NCBI GenBank assembly: GCA_003818495.1 | Contig: RPRK01000006.1 | Span: forward strand, 2,489-66,488 | DNA: 64,000 nucleotides | Direction: 5' to 3' | Source: Burkholderiales bacterium | GTDB taxonomy: Bacteria > Pseudomonadota > Gammaproteobacteria > Burkholderiales > Burkholderiaceae_E | Part shown: in pieces, positions 37,031 to 45,994 of the stretch | Layout: each line of letters opens with the position of its first letter | Position numbering within the stretch: position 1 is the first letter of the stretch | Position numbers and translations under genes: made by a program | The notes under the pieces: generated by a model | What the model saw: only the letters and a program-made list of their open reading frames with translations | What the model was told of the DNA's origin: nothing | Database searches by the model: none

Positions 37031-38293
37031 ATGTCCGCCACCGCCCCACCGATCCTCGAACGCCCCGCAGGCCCGGCGCCGTCGCCGGCACGCGTCCTCG
37101 CCGACTTCGGCCCCGCCTACGGCGTCAACGGGCTGATCGGCTTCATCTTCGCGGCCTCGGGTCCGGTCGCGGTCATCCTCAGCGCCGGCCAGCGCGGCGG
37201 CCTGGGCGCCACCGAGCTCGCGTCCTGGCTGTTCGGGGTGTTCTTCGTCAACGGGCTGCTGACGATCGCGCTGTCCTGGCGCTACCGCACGCCGCTGGTG
37301 TTCTTCTGGACCATCCCGGGCACGGTGCTCGTCGGGCCGGCGCTCGGCCACGCCAGCCATGCCGAGGTGCTCGGCGCCTTCGTCGTGACCGGGGTGCTGA
37401 TGGCCATGCTGGGCCTGTCGGGATGGGTGCGCCGCGGCCTGGCCGCGGTGCCGATGCCGCTGGTGATGGCGATGGTCGCGGGCGTGTTCCTGCGCTTCGG
37501 CCTCGACCTCGTGCGCGCGGTCCACGAGGACCTGTGGATCGCGGGGCCGATGGTGCTCGCCTTCGTCGCGCTGACCGCCGTGCCCCGGCTGGCGCGGGCG
37601 ATGCCGCCGATGATCGGCACGCTGCTGGTCGGCGCGGCCGCCGTCGCGCTCGACGGCCGCGTGCAGTGGCCGGTCGGGGCCAGCCTCGCGATCGTGCCGC
37701 CGACGCTGTACCTGCCCGCGTTCTCGTGGCCGGTCATGCTCGAGCTGGTCGTGCCGCTGGCGATCACGGTGCTGGTCGTGCAGAACGGCCAGGGCTTCGC
37801 CGTGCTGAGGGCCGCCGGCCACGAGCCCCCGGTCAACGTGGTCACGCTCGCCTGCGGCCTCGTGTCCGTGGCGGTCGCGTTCGTGGGGGCGGTGTCCTCG
37901 TGCCTGACCGGCCCGACCAACGCGCTGGTCGCCTCCTCGGGCGAGCGCGCGCGCCACTACACCGGCGCGATCGCGGTCGGCGTGCTGGCGCTGGCCTTCG
38001 GCCTGGCGTCGGCCGGTGTCACCGCGGTGATGCTCGCGCTGCCCAAGGCGTTCATCGCCACGCTCGCCGGCCTCGCGATGCTGCGCGTGCTGCACGGCGC
38101 CTTCGCCACGGCGTTCCGCGACCGGTTCCCCATCGGCGCGCTGACCACCTTCATCGTGACCGTGGCCGACCTGCCGATCGCCGGGATCGGCGCGCCCTTC
38201 TGGGGGCTGGTGATCGGCTTCGCGGTGTCCTGGGCGATCGAGCGCGGCGACCTCGCCGCGACCTCGGGCACCAACACCGGCACCGGAAGATGA
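37031..38293 (+). CDS. BenE-family benzoate/H+ symporter-like transporter (YdcO-like)
   Basis: Polytopic. RYRTPLVFFWTIPGTVLVG...MPLVMAMVAGVFLRFGL matches my recollection of E. coli YdcO/BenE. Confidence 0.8.
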   Translation: MSATAPPILERPAGPAPSPARVLADFGPAYGVNGLIGFIFAASGPVAVILSAGQRGGLGATELASWLFGVFFVNGLLTIALSWRYRTPLVFFWTIPGTVLVGPALGHASHAEVLGAFVVTGVLMAMLGLSGWVRRGLAAVPMPLVMAMVAGVFLRFGLDLVRAVHEDLWIAGPMVLAFVALTAVPRLARAMPPMIGTLLVGAAAVALDGRVQWPVGASLAIVPPTLYLPAFSWPVMLELVVPLAITVLVVQNGQGFAVLRAAGHEPPVNVVTLACGLVSVAVAFVGAVSSCLTGPTNALVASSGERARHYTGAIAVGVLALAFGLASAGVTAVMLALPKAFIATLAGLAMLRVLHGAFATAFRDRFPIGALTTFIVTVADLPIAGIGAPFWGLVIGFAVSWAIERGDLAATSGTNTGTGR

Positions 38294-38369
38294 GCGGCCG
38301 CCCGGGCTTGAAGGCGTCGCCGGATGGCCCCACCTCTGCCTGACGTCCCTTCGTCACCCGGAGCCTGCG

Positions 38370-38810
38370 ATGCCCGATGCCCCCGACTCGCTGAACGCCG
38401 TCTGCCCGCACTGCGATGCGGTCAACCGTATCCCGGCGGCGCGCCGCGACGAGCATCCGAGCTGCGGGCGCTGCGGCCACGACCTGTTTTCGGGTGCCTC
38501 GGTCGCGCTGAGCACGGCCGCATGGGACCGGTTCACGCTTCGCAACGATCTGCCGGTGCTCGTCGATTTCTGGGCGAAGTGGTGCGGCCCCTGCCGCGCG
38601 ATGGCACCTCAGTTCGAGCAGGCCGCGCAGCGCCTCGCCGGCCGCGTGCAGTTCGCCAAGGTCGACACCGACGCGGAACCCGAGCTGGCAGGCCGCTTCG
38701 GCATCCGCAGCATCCCGACGCTGGTGCTGATGCAGGGCGGTCGCGAGGTCCGGCGCGCGAGCGGTGCGATGAGCGCGGCCCAGCTCGAGCAGTGGCTGGC
38801 GGCGGGCTGA
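38370..38810 (+). CDS. trxC: Thioredoxin 2 (zinc-finger thioredoxin)
   Basis: N-terminal CPHC...CGRC zinc-finger pair plus the WCGPC active site (VLVDFWAKWCGPCRAMAP). Confidence 0.9.
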   Translation: MPDAPDSLNAVCPHCDAVNRIPAARRDEHPSCGRCGHDLFSGASVALSTAAWDRFTLRNDLPVLVDFWAKWCGPCRAMAPQFEQAAQRLAGRVQFAKVDTDAEPELAGRFGIRSIPTLVLMQGGREVRRASGAMSAAQLEQWLAAG

Positions 38811-38921
38811 GCGCGGCCCGCGAGCGACCTCTGAGCACGCTCCGCGCGCGCTCCGGCCGGCCGGAGCGCGGCCGTTGTGGAGTACAGTGACGCGCGTTCG
38901 ACCCCGGCCTTCGGGCCCGCG

Positions 38922-40097
38922 ATGACCGACTCGACCGCACGCCCTTCCGAACCCGCCCCGCCCGCCCTTCCCGCGGCCGACGACGACCTGCGCGCCGCGC
39001 CGCCGCCCGCGGCGGTGCAGCTGTCGCTGTCGGCGCCGGAACTGACCCGCACCGTGCTCGCGATCATGTTCCTGATCGCGATGATCGCCGGCAGCTTCTG
39101 GGTGCTGCAGCCGTTCATCCCGGCCATGATCTGGGCGACCACGATCGTCATCGCGACCTGGCCGCTGATGACCGGCGCGCAGCGCCTGCTGTGGGGGCGG
39201 CGCGGCCTGGCGGTGGCGGCCATGACCACCGCGCTGCTGCTGCTGTTCTTCGTGCCGCTGTCGCTCGCCATCGCGACCGTCGTCGACAACGCGGACACCC
39301 TCGTCGGCTGGTTCAAGGCGGCGGCGACGTTCCGCTTCGGCGAGCCCCCCGCGTGGCTCGCGAGCGTGCCGCTCGTGGGCGCGCGCGCGGCGGCCTACTG
39401 GCGCGAGCTCGCCGCCAGCGGCGTCGAGCCCCTGATCGCCAAGGTCGCGCCCTATGCCGGCACCGTCGCCTCGCGCGTGCTGCGCGAGGCCGGCGTGATC
39501 GGTGCGGTCGGCCTGCAGCTCCTGATGACCGTCGTGATCTCCGCGATCCTCTACGCCACCGGCGAGTCCGCGGGCGGCGCGGTGCTGCGCTTCTCGCGAC
39601 GGCTCGCCGGACGGCGCGGCGAGAACACCGCGCTGCTGGCGGCCGCGTCGATCCGCGGCGTGGCGCTGGGCGTGGTGGTGACCGCAGTCGCGCAGTCGCT
39701 GCTGGGCGCGATCGGGCTGGCGGTGGTCGGCGTGCCGGCGGTCGCGCTGCTCGCCGCGCTGATGTTCCTGCTCGCGATCGCACAGATCGGCGTGATCCCG
39801 GTGCTGCTGCCGGCGGTGATCTGGCTGTTCTGGAGCGGCGACACCGGCTGGGCGATCGTGCTCGCGATCTGGACCGCCTTCGTCGGCACGATGGACAACT
39901 TCCTGCGCCCCTGGCTCATCAAGAAGGGCGCGAACCTGCCGATCCTGCTGATCTTCGTCGGCGTGGTCGGCGGGCTGATCGCCTTCGGCCTGGTGGGCAT
40001 CTTCATCGGCCCGGTGGTGCTGGCGGTCACGTACACGCTGCTCGGCGCCTGGATGGACGAGCGGACCGGCCCGCCCAGGACGCCGCCGGAGGACTGA
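38922..40097 (+). CDS. AI-2E family transporter (YdiK/PerM-like permease)
   Basis: ATG at 38922 (a GTG at 38877 is also possible). About 8 TM segments. C-terminal FLRPWLIKKGANLPILLIFVGVVGGLIAFGLVGIFIGPVVLAV is typical of the family. Confidence 0.85.
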   Translation: MTDSTARPSEPAPPALPAADDDLRAAPPPAAVQLSLSAPELTRTVLAIMFLIAMIAGSFWVLQPFIPAMIWATTIVIATWPLMTGAQRLLWGRRGLAVAAMTTALLLLFFVPLSLAIATVVDNADTLVGWFKAAATFRFGEPPAWLASVPLVGARAAAYWRELAASGVEPLIAKVAPYAGTVASRVLREAGVIGAVGLQLLMTVVISAILYATGESAGGAVLRFSRRLAGRRGENTALLAAASIRGVALGVVVTAVAQSLLGAIGLAVVGVPAVALLAALMFLLAIAQIGVIPVLLPAVIWLFWSGDTGWAIVLAIWTAFVGTMDNFLRPWLIKKGANLPILLIFVGVVGGLIAFGLVGIFIGPVVLAVTYTLLGAWMDERTGPPRTPPED

Positions 40098-40102
40098 TCG
40101 AC

Positions 40103-40477
40103 GTGGCGGTGAGGCTCGAATTCATCGACGTGCTCGTGCCGGTGCACGTCATCGAAGAGAAGTATCCCGGCGGCTTCGCGCAGTGCCTGGCGGATCACCG
40201 CCCGCTGATCGGTCGACGCATGTGGCACGACGGGCGGCTGCTGCGCGACGGGGCGCTCGATCCGGCGAATGCGCGCGCACTCGTCGAGGGTTGGCAGGCG
40301 CTCGGGATCGAGCCGCTGCAGTGGGTGAACAAGCGCCTCGAGTGGAAGGACGTCTGCGTCGTCGACACGACCGCGGGCGGTCCGACGGTGGCCTGCGACT
40401 GGCTGGAGTGGGACCCGAAGCGCCGCATCGCATGGCTGCGCGGCGACGCACAGGGGGAGCCGGTCGGACGCTGGTGA
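40103..40477 (+). CDS. Hypothetical cytoplasmic protein (124 aa)
   Basis: GTG at 40103, 5 nt after the AI-2E stop. High GC3. Trp-rich (WHDGRLLRDG...WVNKRLEWKDVCVVD...WLEWDPKRRIAWL). I recognise no family. Confidence 0.55.
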   Translation: MAVRLEFIDVLVPVHVIEEKYPGGFAQCLADHRPLIGRRMWHDGRLLRDGALDPANARALVEGWQALGIEPLQWVNKRLEWKDVCVVDTTAGGPTVACDWLEWDPKRRIAWLRGDAQGEPVGRW

Positions 40478-40491
40478 GGACGCCCCACGCG

Positions 40492-40514
40492 CGGCGCCGC
40501 GCAGCGCGGCGCCG
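40492..40514. terminator. GC hairpin between convergent genes (no U-tract)
   Basis: CGGCGCCGCG-CAG-CGCGGCGCCG, a perfect 10-bp stem, between the stops at 40477 (+) and 40525 (-). Confidence 0.3.
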
Positions 40515-40524
40515 TATCGGGCGC

Positions 40525-41259
40525 TCAGCCGCGCACGCCGCCCGGGTTCGTCATCTGCCGCCGCTCGCAGCGACCGGCATCGCTCAGCGGGTCGCAGCCC
40601 ACGAGCTCGTCGAGCAGCTCGCGCAGCCCGCCCAGCGCCTTGTCCAGCGTCGAACGCTCCGGGAGCCGGCCCCGCGCGGAGCAGGCGTGCACGGTGACCG
40701 CGCCCGCGGGCCGCGCGACGCAGTCGCAGTCGCCGGGTGCGCGGTCGGCGGCCGCGAAGGGCTCGCGCGCCATCGCGCACGCCCGGGCCTGCGACTCGGT
40801 GGTGCTCGCCTGCACGGTGTCGGGATGGGCGTTGCGGGCGGTCGGCGGGCGGTTCGGGCAGGTGAAGCGGCCGGTGGCGTCGCTCTTGAAGCCACCGATT
40901 CCGGTGACGGCGCCCTGGCCGTTGCAGACCGCCACCTTCAGCGTCGGAAGCTCGATGCGTGTCCGCCCGCCCGGATCGAGCGCCACGCCCTCGGTGAAGT
41001 AGACGTTGAGCGTCGAGCCGTCGCCGCAGGGCCGGATCCACGTGCCCGGCGGCCCGCTCCCGGCATCGCAGACCGCGACGCTGATCGGACGGTCGCACAG
41101 GTTGCGCAGGTCGGTGCCGCGGGCGTCGGACGTGCGCTCGAGACACTGCGGCACCGGCTGCGCCGAGACGGCGGTCGCGGCGCAGGCGAGCAGCACGCCG
41201 GCGGCGACACGAGCCGCGACCCCGGCCAGGCCGCGGATCCGAACGGGGTTCGCGGTCAC
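40525..41259 (-). CDS. Exported Cys-rich hypothetical protein
   Basis: GTG at 41259 overlaps the upstream stop (GTGA). Signal peptide GLAGVAARVAAGVLLACAATAVSAQP. Mature part has about 14 Cys. This is the C-terminal part of track ORF 40525..42024. Confidence 0.6.
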   Translation of the reverse strand: MTANPVRIRGLAGVAARVAAGVLLACAATAVSAQPVPQCLERTSDARGTDLRNLCDRPISVAVCDAGSGPPGTWIRPCGDGSTLNVYFTEGVALDPGGRTRIELPTLKVAVCNGQGAVTGIGGFKSDATGRFTCPNRPPTARNAHPDTVQASTTESQARACAMAREPFAAADRAPGDCDCVARPAGAVTVHACSARGRLPERSTLDKALGGLRELLDELVGCDPLSDAGRCERRQMTNPGGVRG

Positions 41260-41819
41260 AGCTTCGACTGCGCGGCCTGGCAGGACGTCTGCGTGTACGT
41301 GGACCCGGCGTTGTACCAGTTGCAGCCGACCCGGTTCGACGGCGTGGCGGTCCCGGTCGAGCAGCTCGACGCGAGGACCGTGCCACCGCCCGTCGTGCAC
41401 AGGTACAGCGTGTACAGCCCGGTGTTCAGGCTGGGGCCGCTCGAACTCGAGCCCGAACCCGAGACCGGGCACAGCAGCTTGACCGTCGAGACGGCGTAGT
41501 CGGCCGCCTTCTCGTACTGGGCGTAGTAGGCGGTCGCGCCCGACGTGTTGCCCGCGGCACAGGCCGATTTCGCGGCGGACAGATAGGAGTCGGCGTTGGC
41601 GACATAGGACGAGCACTGCGCGTCCGCGGCCGACGCCGAGCGCACGTTGCTCGGGATCACGTCGACGTACTGCGAGCAGCTCGCGCTGGAGGCGCTCGAC
41701 GAGGACGGCGACGACGAGGACGACGACGAGCCGCTGTCGAGGCCTGAGCCGCAGGCGCCGAGGACGAGCAGCATCGCACCGCCGGCCGATGCGGCGGTGA
41801 ATCTTGGGAACGGGGACAT
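41256..41819 (-). CDS. Ser-rich, Cys-rich lipoprotein (hypothetical)
   Basis: I start it at MSPFPRFTAAS ('cat' at 41817-19). Lipobox LLVLGAC. Poly-Ser linker. About 10 further Cys. Confidence 0.6.
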   Translation of the reverse strand: MSPFPRFTAASAGGAMLLVLGACGSGLDSGSSSSSSSPSSSSASSASCSQYVDVIPSNVRSASAADAQCSSYVANADSYLSAAKSACAAGNTSGATAYYAQYEKAADYAVSTVKLLCPVSGSGSSSSGPSLNTGLYTLYLCTTGGGTVLASSCSTGTATPSNRVGCNWYNAGSTYTQTSCQAAQSKL

Positions 41820-42070
41820 GGGAGCCTGGGGACGGGGCGCGCGCAGCGCGCTCGGGGAGATGCAGAGGGATCGCGGAGCGTCGCGAGGTCGACCGGGAAG
41901 ATGGGAACGCAGCGCACCCATCATCGACGCGATCGCACGATCGTGCGCGGCAGACGGGTCGCGGACCCCCCGAGCGCCACGCTGCGGCCGACGGCCGGCC
42001 GATCGGGGGCCGAGCCGGTGTCACGAACCGTGCCCGGCACGGTACCGGGCGTCGCGCCGGATGCGGCCCG

Positions 42071-43750
42071 CTACACCCCGAGCGCCGCGCGCAGCACCTT
42101 CGCCGAGCGCGTGCTCGCGACGATCGCCAGCTTCATCGTGGCGCGCGTGGCGCCCACGAACAGCTTCCTCACCGTGCGCGGATCGAGCGTCTCGAAATCG
42201 ACCTCGCTCAGCACCACCGCGGGCGCGGCCTGGCCCTTGAAGCGGTAGACCGATTCGACCAGCAGCTCGCCGTCGGTGAACACCGGCTGCGCGAGCAGGT
42301 CGTAGCGGCCGGTGAAGCGGCGGATCGGATGCGGCCCGAGCGCATCGAGCCCGAGCAGCGCGGAGCCGTCCCGGCCGCGGAAACTGATCACCGCGATGTC
42401 GTGGCGTCGGAACCCTTCCGACAGGCACTTGCGGATCGCCTCCTTGGTGCCGGCCAACAGGCCTTCATGGTCGGCGTACTCGATGAGCTCGAGCCCGGCG
42501 CCGGCGAAGGGGCCGGCGGCCTCGATCTCGACCTCCGGCGGCAGGATCGCCGACAGCAGCTTCACCACGTCGCGCGGGCTGCGGTAGTTGGCCCGCGCGT
42601 GCAGCGTCACCCAGCCGGGCAGCGGCGCGGGCTCGCGCTGGTAGAGCGCCTGCATCGCGTCCTCCAGCCAGATCACGCGCGCCTCGGGCTTGGCGTGCCG
42701 CAGCACCTGGTCGCGCCAGGCCGCCGGGAAGTCCTGGCCCTCGTCGACCACGACGGTGTCGAAGCGCCAGCGTGCGTCGACCGGCACCTGCGCGGCCTCG
42801 CGCTCGAGCCGCTCGAAGCCGTCGGGCGCGGACAGGTCGACCGACCGGCCGGCGTCGCGCAGCATCCGCTGGCACAGCGTGTGGAAGGTGCAGACCTCGC
42901 CGCCGGGCGGCACGATCGCCGAGAAATGGTCGGCCAGCGGCCGGTTGTAGCAGACGTACAGCGGTCGCTCGCCGCGGGCGATGGCATCGCGGTGCTCGGC
43001 GAGTGCGAGCTGCGTCTTGCCGGAGCCGGCCGTGCCGTCGACGTGCAGCCGGAACGGCGTGAACTCGAGCTGGCGCGCCCAGTGCGCGAGCCCGCCGGAG
43101 ATCCGCGTGACCAGTGCCTGCGCCTGGCCGACCAGCGCGTTGACGTCGGTCTCGAGCTCGATCACGTCGCGGAAGAACCGGTCGACCTGCTGCCATGCGG
43201 GCGCGTTCGCGCCCGACGGGCCGACCCGTCCGGGGGGAAGCACCTCGCGGACGACCGGCACGAGCCGGTCGCGGCGCGAGGCGTCGACGAGCCGATCGGC
43301 CGACAGCCCGGCGGTCTCGATGCGGCGGACCGTGTAGTCGGGGCAGTAGAGCAGGTACTCGACGCGGATCGACTCGCAGCCGGGGCGGCGCGCGAGCTTG
43401 TCGCGCAGGGTCGTGACCGTGCGCGCGATCTGCACCGGCACGTTGCGGATGCGGCCGCGCTCGCGCTTGAGCAGTCCGTCGGCCCCCTCCTCGAGGAAGC
43501 CGGTCTTCTGCTCGACCAGCAGCACGTCGCCGTGGCGGTTCACGACGACGAAGTCGATCTCGCCGTAGACCGAGAAGCCGCGCTCGACGGTGGTCCAGTG
43601 GACCGCGTGGTAGACGGTGTACTCGTCGGGCAGGCCGCGGGCGAACAGCTCGAGGGTTTCGCGGTGCCGCTGCGCGGTGGCGGGCAGTGCCGCGGCCGTG
43701 GAATCGCTGTCGGCCAGTTCTCGCCAGCCGTCGGGAATGATGCGCGCCAT
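42071..43750 (-). CDS. NERD nuclease domain fused to an SF1 (UvrD-like) helicase
   Basis: N-terminus: GEIDFVVVNRHGDVLLVEQKTG, a PD-(D/E)xK-like D...E-x-K as in NERD. Walker A DGTAGSGKTQLA. Walker B VVVDEGQDF. C-terminus VYRFKGQAAPAVVL...LFVGATRATMKL (UvrD_C-like). Confidence 0.8.
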   Translation of the reverse strand: MARIIPDGWRELADSDSTAAALPATAQRHRETLELFARGLPDEYTVYHAVHWTTVERGFSVYGEIDFVVVNRHGDVLLVEQKTGFLEEGADGLLKRERGRIRNVPVQIARTVTTLRDKLARRPGCESIRVEYLLYCPDYTVRRIETAGLSADRLVDASRRDRLVPVVREVLPPGRVGPSGANAPAWQQVDRFFRDVIELETDVNALVGQAQALVTRISGGLAHWARQLEFTPFRLHVDGTAGSGKTQLALAEHRDAIARGERPLYVCYNRPLADHFSAIVPPGGEVCTFHTLCQRMLRDAGRSVDLSAPDGFERLEREAAQVPVDARWRFDTVVVDEGQDFPAAWRDQVLRHAKPEARVIWLEDAMQALYQREPAPLPGWVTLHARANYRSPRDVVKLLSAILPPEVEIEAAGPFAGAGLELIEYADHEGLLAGTKEAIRKCLSEGFRRHDIAVISFRGRDGSALLGLDALGPHPIRRFTGRYDLLAQPVFTDGELLVESVYRFKGQAAPAVVLSEVDFETLDPRTVRKLFVGATRATMKLAIVASTRSAKVLRAALGV

Positions 43751-43801
43751 CGGACGATTCTAGCGGTGTCGCCGGGCGAGCCGGACGTGCGCCGCCACGC
43801 C

Positions 43802-44491
43802 TCAGCCGCCGAGCAGCCGGATCGTCGCGACCATCGCCGCGCCGAGTGCGACCATCGCGAAGCCGGTGCGCGCCGCGCCCCAACCCGCGTAGCGGCCGAG
43901 CACGGCCCCGGCGCCGAACAGCAGCGCGATCGCGAGCCCGTTGGAGACCCGCAGCGCCGTCGCGGCGTCGGCGAGCAGCACGAAGGGCAGCACCACCGGA
44001 AAGGTGGCCGCGACCACCAGGGCGAACACGCCGAACGCGGCGCGCAGATCGTCGCGGGCCGCCGAGCCCGAGGCGGGCACGGGCGCGGCGGCGCGGGCCA
44101 TCGCCCGCAGTCGCTCGAGCGCGGCCTCGGGCAGCGCGGCCGCGAGCCGCCCGGGCAAGGCCTCGCCGAGCACGGCGCGCGCCTCGGCCGCATCGCCGGC
44201 CCGCGCGAAGCGCTCGGCGAGCGCCGCGCGATGGCCGCGGGCCACCCGCGCGCGCACCACGAACATCACCGCGTCGACGAGCCCCCAGGCGAGGTTGCAG
44301 CCCACGGCCGAGGCCAGCATCGTGCGGATCTCGTCGCGGCCCGCCGACGCGACGCTGAGCGCACCGGTGAAGCTCAGCGACATCAGCAGCCCGAAGACCA
44401 CCTCGGAGGCGCGGTCGATCGGATCGAGGACGGCGGCCCGGGGCGCGTCGGCGTCGCGTTCGGCAGCGTCGCGTTCGGCAGCGTCGCGCAT
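43802..44491 (-). CDS. VIT/CCC1-like integral membrane protein (putative Fe/Mn transporter)
   Basis: I start it at MRDAAERDAAERD ('cat' at 44489-91). IDRASEVVFGLLMSLSFTG..., then a soluble helical insert and three C-terminal TMs. Family call is from memory of VIT-family subgroups. Confidence 0.5.
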   Translation of the reverse strand: MRDAAERDAAERDADAPRAAVLDPIDRASEVVFGLLMSLSFTGALSVASAGRDEIRTMLASAVGCNLAWGLVDAVMFVVRARVARGHRAALAERFARAGDAAEARAVLGEALPGRLAAALPEAALERLRAMARAAAPVPASGSAARDDLRAAFGVFALVVAATFPVVLPFVLLADAATALRVSNGLAIALLFGAGAVLGRYAGWGAARTGFAMVALGAAMVATIRLLGG

Positions 44492-45792
44492 CAGAACAGC
44501 AGCCAGCGCAAGGAGAGCTGCGCGCGCACGGTCGACGCCCGCGCGCCGTCGACCGCGACCGCCTCGCCCCACTGCAGCTCGGCCCCGGCGAACACCGTCG
44601 GCGCCACCCGCCGGACCAGATTGGCGCTCGCGTAGGTCAGCGACCGCAGCGCGGCCGGCGCGCGCAGCGATGCGTCGCCCTCGACCCGCAGCCGGCTCGC
44701 GCCGAACGTGCTGGCGAGACCGTCGGCCCACACCCGCCGGTAGTAGAGGGTCGTTCCGGCGAGCGTGATCGGCACCACGCGCAGGTCGGTGCCGAGCACG
44801 GCACCCGTCGCGGACACGCCGTCGTTGAAGTAGCGGCCGACGCCGTCGCCGCGCACCCACTGGCCCGACAGCGTGTCCTCGCCGAAGGTCGGCACGCTCG
44901 CCGACAGCGACACGCCGTGCCCGGCGACGCGGCGACCGGCGCTCGCCGTCGGCGCGCCCTCCGGGCCGGTCTGCGCCTCGACGTCGAGACGGCGCGACAG
45001 CACCGCGAGCTGCGCGTGCGTGCGCTCGCCCTCGACGCGCAGCCGCGCGGCGAGGTCGGGGCGCGACGCGCGGCCGCTCACGCGGACCCGTTCGCCGGGC
45101 GCTGCTGACCCGTCGGCCTGCGCCTCCTCGACGGACGCGTCGACACGCACCGGTCCGCCGACCGGCAGCGACACGCGCGCGAGCCACTGGCGCACGAAGG
45201 TCACGCCGCTCGGGCCGTTGTAGTCGAGCGTGGCGGGCAGCACCGCGTCGTCCATGAAGGTCGAATAGGTCTTGCCGAGCAGCAGCGTGTCGCCCCAGCG
45301 GACCCAGGCCTGGGTGAGCTGCGGGCGCGTCGTGCCGTCCGGGCCGAAGAGGTTCGCCTGCAGACGCGTCCAGACGGACGGGCCGCCCTCGAGCGGCGTG
45401 CGCGAGATCCAGTCGAGCTGCGAGCTGCGGACCGACAGGCGCTGCGCGGACGGCGCGGCGCCGAAGGGCGTCGCCGAGACGATCAGCGTGTCCTGCTCGT
45501 CGCCGTCCTGGCGGCGTCGTGCGGCGATCGCGTCGGCCTGCAGCGACGCGCCGACCAGGTACTGCGTGTCGGTGCCGGGCACGGTGCGCGCGCGCGCCTC
45601 GAGGCGTTCGCGAAGGCCGGTCTCGGCCGTCGCGCCGCGCCCGTCGACCTCGGTGGCGTGCGCCGCGGGCGAGGCCGCCTCGAGCGGCCCGGCGCGGACC
45701 GCGCAGGCCGCGGCGATCGCGAGCACCACGACGGCGAACGCCGGGGAGGGACGCAGCCGGCACGGCTTCGGGCGCTGCAGCGGGCACGACAT
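44491..45792 (-). CDS. Outer-membrane beta-barrel porin-like protein
   Basis: I start it at MSCPLQRP ('cat' at 45790-92). Signal peptide FAVVVLAIAAACAVRA. Alternating beta-strand pattern. C-terminal ...QLSLRWLLF ends in Phe. Its stop overlaps the VIT start (TGATG). Confidence 0.6.
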   Translation of the reverse strand: MSCPLQRPKPCRLRPSPAFAVVVLAIAAACAVRAGPLEAASPAAHATEVDGRGATAETGLRERLEARARTVPGTDTQYLVGASLQADAIAARRRQDGDEQDTLIVSATPFGAAPSAQRLSVRSSQLDWISRTPLEGGPSVWTRLQANLFGPDGTTRPQLTQAWVRWGDTLLLGKTYSTFMDDAVLPATLDYNGPSGVTFVRQWLARVSLPVGGPVRVDASVEEAQADGSAAPGERVRVSGRASRPDLAARLRVEGERTHAQLAVLSRRLDVEAQTGPEGAPTASAGRRVAGHGVSLSASVPTFGEDTLSGQWVRGDGVGRYFNDGVSATGAVLGTDLRVVPITLAGTTLYYRRVWADGLASTFGASRLRVEGDASLRAPAALRSLTYASANLVRRVAPTVFAGAELQWGEAVAVDGARASTVRAQLSLRWLLF

Positions 45793-45994
45793 CGGGCGGA
45801 TCCGGGTGCCCGACCGCGAGGGCGGTCGGCGCGGACGGATGCTACCCCGGCCCTGCGGGACCGGGTTCCGGCGACCCGCGGCCGCGGAAGGGGGCGCCGG
45901 GCACGGGGCGCTTTGCCGATCCGCCGGTTTGCGCACCGGCGGCCGGCCTGCGATGCTGCGCCACGACACCGACGACGAGATCGAGGAGACCCCC

